Shown: positions 40,804 to 55,342 of the stretch, piece by piece | How positions within the stretch are numbered: position 1 is the stretch's first letter | Layout of the letters: each line of letters begins with the position of its first letter | Assembly (NCBI RefSeq): GCF_006345805.1 | Contig: NC_042997.1 | Coordinates: 122,078,001-122,142,000, forward strand | Length of the DNA stretch: 64,000 nt | Origin: Octopus sinensis | Taxonomy: Eukaryota | Direction of reading: 5' to 3' | Program-made: the position numbers and the translations under genes | The notes under the pieces: model-generated | Seen by the model: the letters and a program-made list of their open reading frames with translations, nothing else | Told to the model about the DNA's origin: nothing | Databases searched by the model: none

Positions 40804-40964
40804 GTTATAATTTTGCATTATAATAATTTTATATAGAATATATTGTGTTAAAAGAATCGCTAGTCTATCTGTCAACTACTAACTTGGGTGGTGATCAGTA
40901 TTTTTTTATCTGAAGCTTCTCGTTGTTTATGTATTTGTGTACTAGGTGCTGCGTTTATCTTTTG

Positions 40965-41280
40965 TCTTTTACTCGCTTCCGTCATTAGGCTGCGGCCATG
41001 CTGGTGCACCACCTTGAAGAATATTTAGTCGACAGTAGTAATTTTCTATCGATCACTTTTGCTACACAGACAAGAGGAACGTAAAGATACCAAAACTGGT
41101 TGGGACACAAACACACACACATATGCCACGGGCTTTTTTCAGTTTCCGTGTACCAAATCCACTCACACGGTCTTTGACGACCCTGGTTTATAGTAGAAGA
41201 CACTTGCCCAAGGTGACACGCAGTGGAACTGAACCCGAAACCATGTTGTTAAGAAGCATGCTTCTCACCACACAGTTATA
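40965..41280 (-). mobile_element. SINE family A, internally deleted
   Basis: Aligns with family A head and tail. Confidence 0.8.
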
Positions 41281-42524
41281 CTTGCACACATTGTTATAAT
41301 CCACCCAAGATTTACGTAGACGTGAGAGGAAATATTTATTTTCTAGCAACCTATTTTTGACACATGTTTCTTCATTGGATTATTTTGCAAATTCGATTTT
41401 CGTCATTGCCTGCGACCAAAATATAAGCCAGCTCCAGTTTGTTTTGCCTACAGTTAAAATGATAGTATACAGCACCAGTTAAATATATCGAAATTTGAAA
41501 TCTATCTTGTGATGTATTTTTATGAAAGAACTAAATATGTTTTAGGAAGTACTTAAAAGAAGTAATGCATATCGTCTTGAAACATGAAGCATTAGGCTCA
41601 ATTACAAATTTTGTTTGACAAGCGACATCCTAGTGTTATGTGTGACTGCGCTGCGTTAACGTAGCTGTTACAGGATAAAGCAGATTGATGAATAAATGAA
41701 CGGTTTAGGAATATCGAACCGGTAGAGATAAAGAGGTGAAAACGATTTAGTCTTTGAGACTTTACGAGGTTATTAATTTCAGTAAACAAATTGGCTTGTC
41801 CTGACACAAGATCTGCTCGAATCTTCACAAACACTGACAGGGGCTATTACATAAACGAGAGAGCTGTCAGTAGAGTGATAAAAATCAAGGAGAGGATTGA
41901 TTGAATAAAATAAAGATAAGGGAACCACTAGCAAAACGACATCAACGATAAAAATAAAATACATAAAAAAAAATAATAATACTGAAATGCTTAAGAAAAG
42001 ATTGTCTTGGAAAGCTGTTGGAAATTCAATAAATTCTACTCCAGACTTTTTTTGCAATCGGAATATATCATGACACACGATACATATATACATACAGACA
42101 TACACACTAACACACAATTGATGCTCTGTTTCCTATCTGTCACTTCCTTTCTCGCTATTCCAGCTCATGTGATGCGTATAAGTATGTGTATATATGTAAT
42201 TCAATTTGTATTATTGTATGCGATGTGATTGTACGAATGTGCTGCATACGTAAAACTGATTTATAAATTCTCACACAAGCACACAAAAACATAGAGACTC
42301 AAGAAATGTTAGATGTCGAAGTGAAGATTAAATTAAGGTTTATAAATACACACAAAATACATAGAAACTTAAGCGTACAGGTGAATAAACATATAAACCA
42401 ATGATCTCCCTTTTCCTACCATTCTCTCTCTCTCCCTCTGTGTGTGTGTGTATGTGTATATATATATATATATATTTATATGTGTATGTGTGTGTGTGTG
42501 CGTGCGTGTGTGTGTGTGTGTGCT

Positions 42525-42575
<51 letters not shown>

Positions 42576-43332
42576 GTGCGTGTGTGTGTGTGCTTGTGTG
42601 TGTGTGTGTATTTATATAATTCTGCGATACTTAATATTTAGTTTTTCTCCCTCGATCCTCACATATTCATGCGCATATGTTGATATACGTAAACAGGTAT
42701 ATGCATATATTTATGAATGTTATACTATGCTTCCATGTATGTAGGTATTTATAGTAATATTGACGAGCACGTGCTCGTAAAGTATCACTATTTGATCGGT
42801 GTAACAGATTGTGTAGCACGAGAAATATTAGATATCTGCAAAAATTCATTCCATTAAGAGCGCGATGCATAAAGCAAACTGTAAGAAAATTTATTTGAAA
42901 TTATAAATTAGATGCAACGAGGTGAAATTTATTGTTCTTGTTATGCACATCTACTCAAGAATAGATAAGACCCCACAAACTGGGTTACAGGAATTAAAAC
43001 TACGATATTTTAATCATGCCTCACTCTGTCACACATTATGTGTGCGCATACCTACAAAGTGAAAAGCACTAACACATATATTTGTACATGGAAACATAGA
43101 CACATATATATATAATCCATATGTATATGAAATCGAAGATTCACTCAGCAAGGACTTAGACCTAAACGCGAGGTGATCAGTGATCAGTCAGCCAAGGTTA
43201 CCATATTGCTGTGATTCATTTGGCTTCCAATTCAATGAATCGATGGCAAGTAAATACAAATCACTATATATATATAGGGATGTTGTGCGTGTGTTTATGG
43301 TTGTGTGTGAATGGATATGTGTATACAAACAC

Positions 43333-43390
<58 letters not shown>

Positions 43391-45377
43391 GTTGAGATGT
43401 GCATATATGCGTCTGTCTCTTCACACTTCACTCCTTATGCGTTTTACTTTCAACATATATCTGATACTGTTTGTATTGAATGCGTAATGCTTGACCTAAG
43501 CTAAGTTCGAGTCAAAAATTCATTAATCAGTTCTATTGCCAGTATTGATTGAAGAAATGGTTTTTATACAATTATCCTTTTGTACTGTTATAAATGTTTC
43601 TAGGAGTATAGTTCTAATATATCACGGACGCATAAAGCTGTTGTTTTGTGATTATTATTAAAAGCTCAAGAAAGTTCTCTAACTTTTTCATATTTTAGAC
43701 ACAAAACTCATTATTGAAGGGTTATTGATTTAAAATCATTGTATTACAAGAGCAAAAATATCAATCTTACATTTAATAAGTTTTTTGGGTGGTGTCAAAT
43801 GTTGATTTAAATAATTAACATGATTTCACTATAAATGTTTTTGTATTCCTATCTTCATAATAAAGGAATGAGAAAAAAGGCTTCTCACTAAGCATCGAGA
43901 TTAAAAGAAGTAATTGGTGGGGTGAGCAGAAGGCTTCTTGGGGACGTGCTTAATCTTGATTACTATAGCTGAGGTTGCCTGAATAAAGTGTACGTTGTAA
44001 GACCCGAAACATCCGGTAACGCCAAGATAGAACACTGACGATGGGTCTAAGCATTGCATCTTTATTACAAACAAGAGAAGATATTTTTCTTTAACACCAT
44101 GCGGTATTTGTTCGAATAGGGGAAGTAAAAAATATCTTAGTGGCAGAAACCCGGACTATGCAACTCCACTGCTAATAAAGGCGGCTTCACCACTACTACT
44201 ACTAAGATCACTGCCACTGCTACAACTACTACCGTAACGACTACAACATAGTTATATGATTTCGTGAAGTATTACTACTAGTGAAAGGTTGATGCCAAAA
44301 CAAAAAAATCTCCTGTAAAATTTCTGCATAAAATATTTAACATTTAACAAGAGTACTTGTCAAGATTTTCAATGGTTTAATGGAAGAGCACATAACATTA
44401 TGTGGTTGTATTTCGTTTATTCATGTGTAAAAATCCATCTTCATCAATGACACACACACAAAAAAAAAGCTTGAGCTTTATCCTGATTGGTTATGATGTA
44501 CAAATATTTGACATCAATATAATCGGAAATGATAGGTGATCATTTGGAGGCAGGGGACCTCGATAATAATATCCCAAAGATTTAAAGGTGAGTTGATAAT
44601 AAAAAGTGACAGAAGTCTTTTGATTTCTTCATCACTGGATTCTGCATTTATTAATTTTGTGTAGGGTATGACAATAATCATTGGCCATTCAAAGTATGCC
44701 GTTCGTAAATGCAAGTCGATAGTAAAGATAGAAATGTAAAAAATGAAATTGTAATAACGAATATAAACCCACCAGAAGGCAAATATTTCAAATGCTTGTC
44801 CCTTGACCCATGTTCATTCAGACTCAACTTTAATTAATTCTCTGAATAAATTCGAATGTAGATGAACCAGTAATGAACTATTTCCTATATACTAAAACAT
44901 CATGCTGCAGCTTATAGCTGATAAACAATCGGATTCGCTGGTATTTGGGGCACATTTTAACGTTGACTGTTGCCATGAAATCTGGTTAACAAAAATGTCA
45001 CTAGCCGACCATGAAAGAAATTAATGAAAGCCAAAACTTCGATGCCTTATAAAGAAACATAGATAAGAGGCTTACTCCCAGAAGAAGCTTACAGTTACGT
45101 AGGGACGAATGAACTAGAATGAGCAGAGAACACATGAATGAAAGAAAATTTAAATGAATACTATAAATATAATAGATTAATAATTAAAATTCAGCTACAT
45201 TCTAAACGTAAGATAATATGCTGTAATCCTCCAGCTGTTCTGAAAAGTTATATTTATTATATTTTCAACTGAAAGCTTAAGTGAATTAGCAAATCTAAAT
45301 ATACAGATAAAATGCTGACGCAGTATATTGCTATAAAAGATCGTTATGAACACCTCCACAATGATATGCTAAGGAGT

Positions 45378-45436
<59 letters not shown>

Positions 45437-45939
45437 TATATATACATGTGTGTGCGTAATATTGCTAAAACCATTAACAGTACGTTTCTTTATATATATA
45501 AATTAAGTCACCATGTTTTTTTAGTAGCTTCCTACCACTTGCTTTCCATTACGATTCCCAAGTGCAATCCAGAGCTTCGATGTCTTCTAGAACTCGGTAT
45601 GTGACAGACAAACTGAACAAGGAAGCTATGCAGAAGAAAGCTCCAAGATTAATGAAATAGCGACTTATTTATTGAATTATATGGCTACATCATTTGCTAA
45701 TAACTTAATGTTTCTATCAGGTCATTTGCAACTTAATATAACTGCGTTGATACAAATTTACATAAATTAAGGTTTCTGCATGTTACCTATAAGTTTAGAT
45801 ATTGGCACGTTCGAGAGTCTTGACTGCTGAAACAGAATTCTTGCAAAGGAATTGTTAAATTTCATTATGTCTGTGTTTCTAACACGTGATTAATTATTGA
45901 AGCTGACACAACGGTAAATATGGATGAGTTTACCAAATA

Positions 45940-46562
45940 ATTGGTTTCAAATTTTGGCGCAGGGCCAGCAATTTGAAGGGAGGGGTATGTCGATTACATC
46001 GATCTACTGTTTAACTATCGCTTATTTTATTGTTGGGCAAGTGTTTTCTACTATAGCCTCGGGCCGATCAAAGCCTTGTGAGTGGATTTGGTAGACAGAA
46101 ACTCAAAGAAGCCCGTAGTATATATATATCTGTGTGTGTGTGTGTGTGTATTACGTATGTATTTATGTATGTATGTACGTGTGTATATGTTTGTGTATCT
46201 GTGTTTCTCCCCAACATCGCTTAACAACCGATGGCGGTTTGTTTACGTCCCCGTAACTTAGCGGTTCGGCAAGAGAGACTGATAGAATAAGTACTAGGCT
46301 TACAAAGAGTAAGTCCTGGGGCCGATTTGCTCGACATATATGTGTGTGTGAGTGTATATTCAGTATAACGTTTCATCATATATATATACATATATATATA
46401 TATATACGACAGGATACTTTCACTCTACAAAATCCACTCACAAGGCTTTGGTCAGGCGGAGATTATAAGTAGAAAATACTTACCCAAGGTGCTACGCAGT
46501 GGGAATGAACCAGGAACAATGTGGTTGGTAAGCAAGCTACTTACCACAAAGCCACTCCTGGG
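45940..46562. mobile_element. SINE cluster: family B fragment (-), family A 46034-46336 (+), family A 5' half 46405-46562 (-)
   Basis: Alignment by eye to the other copies. Confidence 0.8.
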
Positions 46563-47185
46563 CATACAACTGTTTGATCCATTATAGAACACGCATTACA
46601 ATGTATTAATCGTTCAGGAATGTGTGATATTGTCACTCAAAGATTTTCTCAGATTTCAAAAACGATGGAATCGGTGCATACTTACTGATATTGCAGTCGA
46701 TAATTATAGGGAAATTTCCTGCTAATAAATAGATAAAGGTGATTTTCTTTTCAACAATATAACTCATACACTTATAAAAGCCAATTATTCCTGTATACGG
46801 AAACATCATTAACAATATCCACCTGCCTATATTTTGTTTGATTTACATATATATATAACACTGAGTATATGAAAATATCGAAAATATTTGTTGGTGAATA
46901 GATGAAATATATCAGGAGATTTTAATGGCGAGATTGGACTGGTGAGAATATAAAGCGTTTTCTCAAAGTTTGTTTGGCAAGCTATGAACTGTCGATGACT
47001 TATCATATTTCGATATATTTCGAAAACTTTGTAACATATACATTCACTCAATCCATTGTTTCTTCATTCGGTTGTATAATTGGGAGGTGTGAAACGATAA
47101 GTAACGATTCATGAAGTTTACGATTCTGTGACAATATATAATAAACACTCTCTTTAGAATAGGTTTAGTATATATTAATCCGAGT

Positions 47186-47431
47186 GGAGGCGCGTGGCTT
47201 AGTGCTCAGAGTGTCAGCATCATGATCGTAAGATTGTGATTTCGATTCCTGGACCGGCGATGCGTTGTATTCTTGAGCTAAACACTTCATTTCGCGTTGC
47301 TCCAGTCCACTCAGCTGGCAAAAATGAATAACGCTGCGATGGACTGGCGTCCCGACAAGCTGGGGGACACATACGCCAGTAATACCGGGAAACCGGGCCC
47401 ATGAGCCTGGCCAGGCTTTAAAAGGGCGCAT

Positions 47432-47460
<29 letters not shown>
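47186..47460 (+). mobile_element. tRNA-derived SINE family C, full length with (TTA)n tail
   Basis: ggcgcgtggcttagtg...gatttcgattcctggaccgg head and an aaaagggcgcatttattattatta end. Confidence 0.9.
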
Positions 47461-47463
<3 letters not shown>

Positions 47464-47514
47464 TAATCCAGACTCACACACACATATATATGTATATAAA
47501 AATATATCCTTTTA

Positions 47515-47900
47515 TCCTTTTACTCTTTTACTTGTTTGTCATTTAACTGTGGCCATGCTGGAGCACCACCTTAAAGGGTTTGCGTCGAAAAAATCGACTC
47601 CAGGACTTATTCTTTGCATGCTTAGTACTTATTATATCGTTAACTTTCGCCGAACCGCTAAGTTACAGGGACGTAAACAAACCCGCATCAGTTGTGAAGC
47701 GATGGTGGAGGAGGGCAATAATACACACGCACGCACTTACAAATACCTACATATATGTATATACTTTATGTCTACTAAATTCACTCACAAGGCTTTGGTC
47801 GGCCGGAGGCTACAGTAATAGATACTTGCCCAAGATGCAACGCAGTAAGACTGAACTCGAAACCAAGTGGTTGGCAAGCTTCTTATCACAAAGCCACACC
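47515..47900 (-). mobile_element. SINE family A
   Basis: Aligns with family A. Confidence 0.85.
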
Positions 47901-47919
47901 TGAATCTCTTCGTCTCATT

Positions 47920-48072
47920 TATATATATATATATATATATATATACATAAACCTGTATGTATATATATATATATACATGCATATATATGTATATATACAT
48001 ACATGCATTATATATATAATATATATATATATATTATATATATATTATATATACATATATATACATACATGC

Positions 48073-48109
<37 letters not shown>

Positions 48110-48193
48110 CATATATATACGTATATATATATACATATATATACGTATATATATACATGCATATATATATATATATGTATATATATACATACA

Positions 48194-48239
<46 letters not shown>

Positions 48240-48322
48240 CATGCATATTATATATATATATATATGTATATATACATACATGCATATATATATATATATA
48301 TATATATACGTATATAATATAT
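47920..48322. repeat. Compound (TA)n/TACATGCA microsatellite
   Basis: Direct reading; it is the source of several spurious Y/I-rich ORFs. Confidence 0.95.
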
Positions 48323-48845
48323 AAAGATATGCGCGTGTATGTGTTTGTGTGACCTCTATTGTGATTTTCAGTCATAGGATGTGGACCTACTGGGGCACGT
48401 TCATTGGCGTTAATACTTGCTAATTTGATTTATTTCTTGGCATTGTCCCCGGAACCGGTCCTGGAAATGTAAAGAGTAAGATAATCCCGCCCTTCTTTGT
48501 ATTCCTTGGTGTGATTCGCTTTCATGTGGTACATCAAATAAGAATAAATGATTGTGTTAGTGTAAGATGAAATATATCAATAACAATAATAATCATAGAA
48601 ACATACACCGTTAAATATCCTAAGGAACAATTAAAATACGGATGAAATTTTTGATCTTGTATTGTTTATTCTTGTCCTTTAGTAGAGTCCATCTTTAACT
48701 CTATTTAAGAAAGAAATCCCTTCAGCAGGAATAGGGACATTTTCCTCAGCGCTAGACAACAAAAAAAAACTGCAAGCATTCCATTCACTTCATTGAGAAA
48801 ATTCACAATTTTTATCTCCGTATATAAATTCTGAGTAATAATTCA

Positions 48846-48895
<50 letters not shown>

Positions 48896-48897
<2 letters not shown>

Positions 48898-49194
48898 CGG
48901 AGATGTACTTGCACAGCAAGTGATTTGATCTGAGATCGTATGCTGGAACGAAAACAATTGCGGCGTGGAAGGTAAGCCATTTAAGAAACACACAAAAGCA
49001 GTTCGATTCACTTCAACATTTAAGTTTTATCCGTGCTGCATCTCAGAAATGCACCACGAATTTTTGTCAGTGAACAGGTCGCGGTCTTATAGCGACGAAA
49101 ATATTTTGACAAATTAAACTCAAATGTTGAAGTGAATCGAACGGCTTTTGTGTGTTTCTTAAATGGATTACAAACACCTTCCACGCTGCAATTG
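48896..49194. mobile_element. Palindromic MITE-like element (fold-back)
   Basis: 48955-49028 versus 49116-49194 are inverted; same family as 6817-7022. Confidence 0.8.
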
Positions 49195-49205
49195 TATATA
49201 TATAT

Positions 49206-49440
49206 CTTATATAAAATCCGTTCTGTGTTTGTGGATTCTAGGATCTCGGGCATCCTCTATCCGATTGCGCTCAAATTTGATATGTAGATACCGACGGTAT
49301 CAGGGCGTGTATAAGACTTGAAAAATTACAAAAATCGTTTTCCGATGAGAATACGATAGATAAAGCCTTGGGAAATCGTTTTCGTTTGGAACAGAAAATG
49401 TTTATCTTTATTTCTTCTTTTGCTGGTGTCTGAAATTTAG
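49206..49440 (+). mobile_element. Possible 5' part of another Helitron-like non-autonomous element
   Basis: atcttatataaaatccgttctgtgtttgtgg...ccgattgcgctcaaattt mirrors the layout of the 23526 family; no 3' CTAG end seen. Confidence 0.35.
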
Positions 49441-49544
49441 GTTAAATCAGTGTTTCTCAAAGGGGAGGCCTATGGGACGGTCGAGCAAATTCTTTTGAGA
49501 AGATTTGGTTTAAATGTTTGACAACTCAGCACGGGCGTTTTGTT

Positions 49545-49586
<42 letters not shown>

Positions 49587-50379
49587 TACTGTGGTGTCTC
49601 GGGAGAATCATTTTTTTTGTGCCTTATAATGAAATTCACGCACCGGTAAAATTTCCACGTATTTCTTATTTTTATTTTCCTAAAATTTTCGTTGCCTCTT
49701 CCAACCTTTTCAATAGTCTTGACTGTCCGCTATTTAAACTGCGTACCTTTTTGTTTGTTTGTGCGCATGTGTGTGGGGCAGTGTGTGTGTGCCTATGCAT
49801 GCATGCATGTAAGTATGCATGTATGTGTCTATGTATATATATATATATATGTATGCATGCGTGTGTATGTATACATGTGTGTATGCATATGTATACATGT
49901 ATGTATGTGTGTGCATCCGTATATATGTATTCTGCATATTCATGTGTGTGCATGTCCGTGTGTATCTTTTATGTATGTGTGTGTGAGCGTGTGTTTGTCT
50001 ATGTATGAACCTCTGTCTCCTTGTGTGTGTATGTGTGTGTTTTGCAACTATGTACCATGTTTGTATGTATGGATATGCATCTCCATATGTGTGGTCCTGT
50101 GTCTCCATATGTGTCCTTGAGTGGAGTAAAGTGGGTATGTATGTATATATGATCATGTATTTTAGTCCCCATTTGCGTATGTGTGCTTGTCTGTTCATAT
50201 AACCTATGTACCTATCTCTCTGTATGTTGATCTCCTTATTATCATATCCATATGCGTACATACACGTGCATGCAAACCCCCCCCCCCACACACACACACA
50301 TATATGATAGCCCACTAAGTAGTCTACCCTACCCGTGTAAACTGTGGGTATGGAGAATCTTGCAAATCAAATCCCCAAA

Positions 50380-50413
<34 letters not shown>

Positions 50414-50982
50414 ACTACTTTCCCTGCATGGAAAGATCAATGTCTGCAAAGTTCGATATCACTGGCAAGGTTTTCCTTAAATATATGGTACACTACTAAA
50501 ATACATTGGTCCATAGTTTAATCAATGTTCGACTATTTTATATATAGCAACATACGGAAACAAAAAAAACAAACATACAAACTGTTATATAAAAACATTG
50601 TTGCTTATATATATATATATATAAAAGAGAGAGAGAGAGAGATAAATAGATAGGTACATACATGCATGCATACATACATAAACACACACAGTATTAGTCA
50701 CACAAAAATTGCCTGTTTGTAAAACGGATTGCTTTTAAAACCTAAAGTTTCCGTACAGTTGAAGTTAGTCAACCGTAGTCTCTGATGATTACGGTTGACT
50801 TAAAGGCAACACCACTGAATGAAGAGTTACGAGAAAATAACCCAGAAATATATCAGACATAACATATATCTAATTCATGTGTATATTCGGTAATTTGTGT
50901 TTTTGGACGATAGCACAAGTGCTATTCTAGACTCTTCTACTTCTTCTTCATGTATTATTATTATCATCATTGTTATTATTAA

Positions 50983-51445
50983 AGCAGTGAGCTGGCAAAA
51001 TCGTTAGCACATCGGGCGAAATGCGTGGCAGTAATTCCTCTGCAGCTACATTCTGAGTTCGAATTCCGCCAAAGTCGACTTCGCTTTCCATCCTTTCGGG
51101 ATCGATAAATTAACAGTGGAGTATCGGGGTCTATGTAATCCAATAGTCCTCCACCACTCCACCACATTTGAGGTTTTATGCTTCCAGTAGAAAGGATTAT
51201 TGTTATTTTTAACGTAGCAAGCTGAAAGGATCGATATCAAATCAGGCAGAATGCTTAGCGGCATATCATTCGCCTTGACGTTGTGAGTTCAAATTCTGAC
51301 GAGGACGTCTTTCCTTTCATCTATTCCTGGTCGATAAATTAAGTACCAGTTACGCACTGAATCGATGTAATGGACTTAACTCCTTTTTATGTCCTTGTTT
51401 GTCCTCTCTATGTTTAGCCTCTTGTGGGCAATAAAGAGAGAAGAA
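50983..51445 (+). mobile_element. Two consecutive SINE family B copies
   Basis: Heads at about 50985 and 51245, each with ttctgagttc.aattc.g.c and cgataaattaa. Confidence 0.85.
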
Positions 51446-52166
51446 AGAAGATTTGTTTATCTATGATTGAAAAGTGAACAGTATGAAGCACTACTTCCCT
51501 ACCTGTAGAAGAGTAACACAAATTCCCTCTAGCGCCCCAGTTTTCTTTCAATGACGTTATTCTACGCTGCCTAACATTTTCATGTACTTTATTAATTTAA
51601 CACACAACTTTTTGATAACATGAGATACCAGCATGAACAATACATGCATCACACACAGAGACACATATATACATGTGTATATATATACTACAATGTGTGT
51701 GGTAGATATAAAAAGAGAGAGAGAGAGGGCTGAGAGAGTCTCAATTTCCATGTGTTACGTATAATTAATTAATAGAACATAACTTTAAATGTAAGGTAAA
51801 GAAATATATAACATTTAGTGTAGTTTTTATACCCTACAAAAATAATATTTCATAAAAATTCAATAAAAGGGAAATAAAACATTATTGAATAAATAATAAA
51901 GAAAAAAACGTCATGCTCAATATTTTATTCTAATTTATTTTTTAATTAACTTTCACCCAGCTCCGGATTCTATGCATTCTATAGAGACATCATGATATTA
52001 ATCTACGTTGAGGCGAAATCAAATTTATCATGAAAATAACGTACGATTAAATATAACAGTGTAGAAGTCCACATACACATATACACATAGATGTCAGTTG
52101 TGTGAGTGTGTTTATATGTATGAGCGCGAGAGGGAGAATGGGAGAGTGACATGGAAAGATATATAT

Positions 52167-52209
<43 letters not shown>

Positions 52210-52216
52210 TATATAT

Positions 52217-52254
<38 letters not shown>

Positions 52255-52267
52255 CGAGAGAGAGAGA

Positions 52268-52306
<39 letters not shown>

Positions 52307-52394
52307 GCGGAAGGAAAAGTGGAAATATAAACATAAAACATACGGATATACATGTATATGCACACACATATGCATATATATATATTTATACACA

Positions 52395-52427
<33 letters not shown>

Positions 52428-54764
52428 TTATACACACACACGCACATATATATATATATATATATGTATGTATATCCATATGTATACACATACGCAGAAA
52501 TTTTTATATATATACATACTTACATATTTATATATGTGTGCACACATGCACAAACGTATGTATGTGTCTGTGTGTGTGTGTGCGCGTGCGCGTGCAATGA
52601 AGTGCATATTATAACCGTTAAGAGATAGTGAATCGGCGGCCGTTGCTTGTTATAAGAAGTTTAAATCAATCAAGCGTTGCACGAGAAATATCTATGAAGA
52701 ATTAATTTACCCATAAATGTTTGCCGCGTAAAACATGCACAGTTTATTCTTTTCTCTTCTCTTTTTCTTCTTTTTTTCTGAAACATAATTCTAGAATACG
52801 ATGGGTTTCCGATATACATATGTGGCTTTCAATAAGAGACGAAGTCGAGAGTTTCGAAAACTTAATTAAATTCGATATATTTTTCTCTCTATAGGCTTAT
52901 AAATGATATTGCCTATGGCGTACGTCATATGACTGTATTGAGCTGTTATCAAAAAATGTAGTCTTCTATATATTTTGTTCTACAATGGAAATTTTACTCA
53001 CTCACACACAAGTGTAACTATGTGCGTGTGTAGGCATGTGGGTAGGTTTATATGTAGGTGTGTATATGATGTTTTGTTATTATCCGGGAATTTCAAGTTA
53101 ACAATGATGATCTCCCTTTGCGAATATCAGAAGGGCACAGAAAGTGTGTCTAAAGCCAATGTTTTTTAGTTGTTCGTTTAACATAGGGAAGGAAAAACAA
53201 CTCGGCTTATCACGTGGTATGTGACATCACTAGTGACTTCTTTCTTGCCTTAAAACATAAAATAACAGTAATGGTTTACTATGTGTAGAAATATAAAATT
53301 TTTCCGGCATTATTTCTTTAAGATATGAGGTTTTTAGTCACACATAAATTATCAACTTTTGTGCGATTACGGAATTGTATATCTTTGAACCAAGATACAT
53401 GAAGTGATGACGGTAAAGGCCAACTTGCTTCTGGAAGGGAATGTTTCTTGAGCGTTGTAATATTTCCATTGCTTTCTGTCTATATGATATACATTTCTAC
53501 AGCAGAATAGAGAGCATAACAAAACGCCTACAAGAAATTCTATGATACCACGATTTCAACATACATTTTTTTAAATATTACAAACTCAGCTACATACGAC
53601 GACACAACTGTATTGTAAAGTTAAATGCATCAACTATCATTTCGCAAAAATAGGTTTATACAGCTACACCAACATGTAGGCTAAATTAATTCATGGCTTA
53701 AGAACATTGTCTTGTCAGTAACAAATTATAGGCGCTTAAGAAGAAAAAAAGCCGTCACAAAACACAATAGTTGTAAAAGAATCTAACTTATGTTGGGAAT
53801 TAGTTCAAACAGATCAAGCGCAGGGACTAACCAGCTTTAGTATCGAATACTTATAGTGATTCATTACGAAAGATCTTTTTCAAAGAACCATGCATTCCGC
53901 TTATAAAGTACACGATGATAACACAGAACGAAATGGAAACTATTACATATTGAAATATTAACGAAATGAATGGTGACAAAATAAATAAATAAATGGACAA
54001 ATACATAAATAATTAAATACATAAATAAATATAGAGATGAGTTTTATGTTGCATCCTAAATCACCACACGGCAATAACAAACAGAAAGACATCTGCCATT
54101 TGCTTTTCGGATATCGGAACACTGGTGACGTCATATTACGAGAGTGGATGCTGTTAGGAACTATTTATTCAACAAATACGACGATCGTCTGTGCGAGGAA
54201 CTAGAATGAATCCATGGTACAAAAATAATAATAAGCTATGCATAATAAGCACCACGAGATTCTCTGCCTGTGTGTATTGAACAAATTATCGTTTAAGTGC
54301 AAATGCACTTATTCACAAACACGCGCGTAAAGTTACGCATTCCTCCCACTCATACCTCATTCTTTCCTTTCTAGTTTATTGCTCGCATTTCATTTAGCGA
54401 AATGTATTTAGTATCATCTGACAGATCTCATTAAATATTTGTTGCAGGAAGTTCACTCAAACCTCTCGTTCTCTTTCACTGTGTTTTCATCTTCATGTGG
54501 CATCTTCTTCCGACCATACAGTGTATATTTCTGATAAATATTCGTAAAAGTTATTGTTGCAATATAACGAAGACTTTTTTGAGCAAGTGTTGTACATTCA
54601 CATACTGAGTTTTATACTTCCTCAAGGCTGTAGGAGACACAAAATTATACATACACGCATTTATGAGTGCAAATATATATGTAGTAATATGCATGTTTAT
54701 ATGCATACATACGTACAAAGTCTCACAGGCACAAGCACACACACACACATATATAAACACTTTT

Positions 54765-54968
54765 ACACGTTTCAGTCATTTGACTGTGGCCATGCTGGAG
54801 CACCGCCTTTATTTAAGCAAATCAACCCCAGGACTTATTCCTTGTAAGCCTAGTACTTATTCTACCGGTCTCTTTTGCAGAAACGCTAAGTTACGGGGAC
54901 GTAAACATACCAGCATCGGTTGTCAAGCGATGTTGGGCGGGGGGACAAACACAGACACACAAGTATAT

Positions 54969-55003
<35 letters not shown>

Positions 55004-55180
55004 CTATATATTTATATATACATATATGCAACAGGCTTCTTTTAGTTTCTGTCTACCACATCCACTCACAAGGCTTTCGTCAACCCGAGGCTATAGTAGA
55101 AGACAGTTGCCCAAGGTGCCACGCAGTAGGACTGAACCCGGACCATGTGGTTGGTAAGGAAGCTACTTACCACACAGCCA
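54765..55180 (-). mobile_element. SINE family A, near full length
   Basis: Aligns with 8072-8474. Confidence 0.9.
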
Positions 55181-55190
55181 TATATATATA

Positions 55191-55235
<45 letters not shown>

Positions 55236-55297
55236 TCTTTAAGGCTTTAAATTATTAAGCTCGAAGTTGCGGTCATGCTGGTGCACCACCTATGGAT

Positions 55298-55342
<45 letters not shown>

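Noticed and set aside
44514-44990. 100-codon open minus frame; + strand fragments resembling a LINE AP endonuclease (IVITNINPP, LVFGAHFNV)
   Set aside because: The motif match is too weak to call, and the hydrophobic minus ORF is explained by T-rich composition.
48372-48470. [25 protein letters not shown] as a Rossmann motif or GPI-signal exon
   Set aside because: It stops after ~33 codons, has no supporting neighbouring exons, and has an equally good acceptor on the opposite strand.
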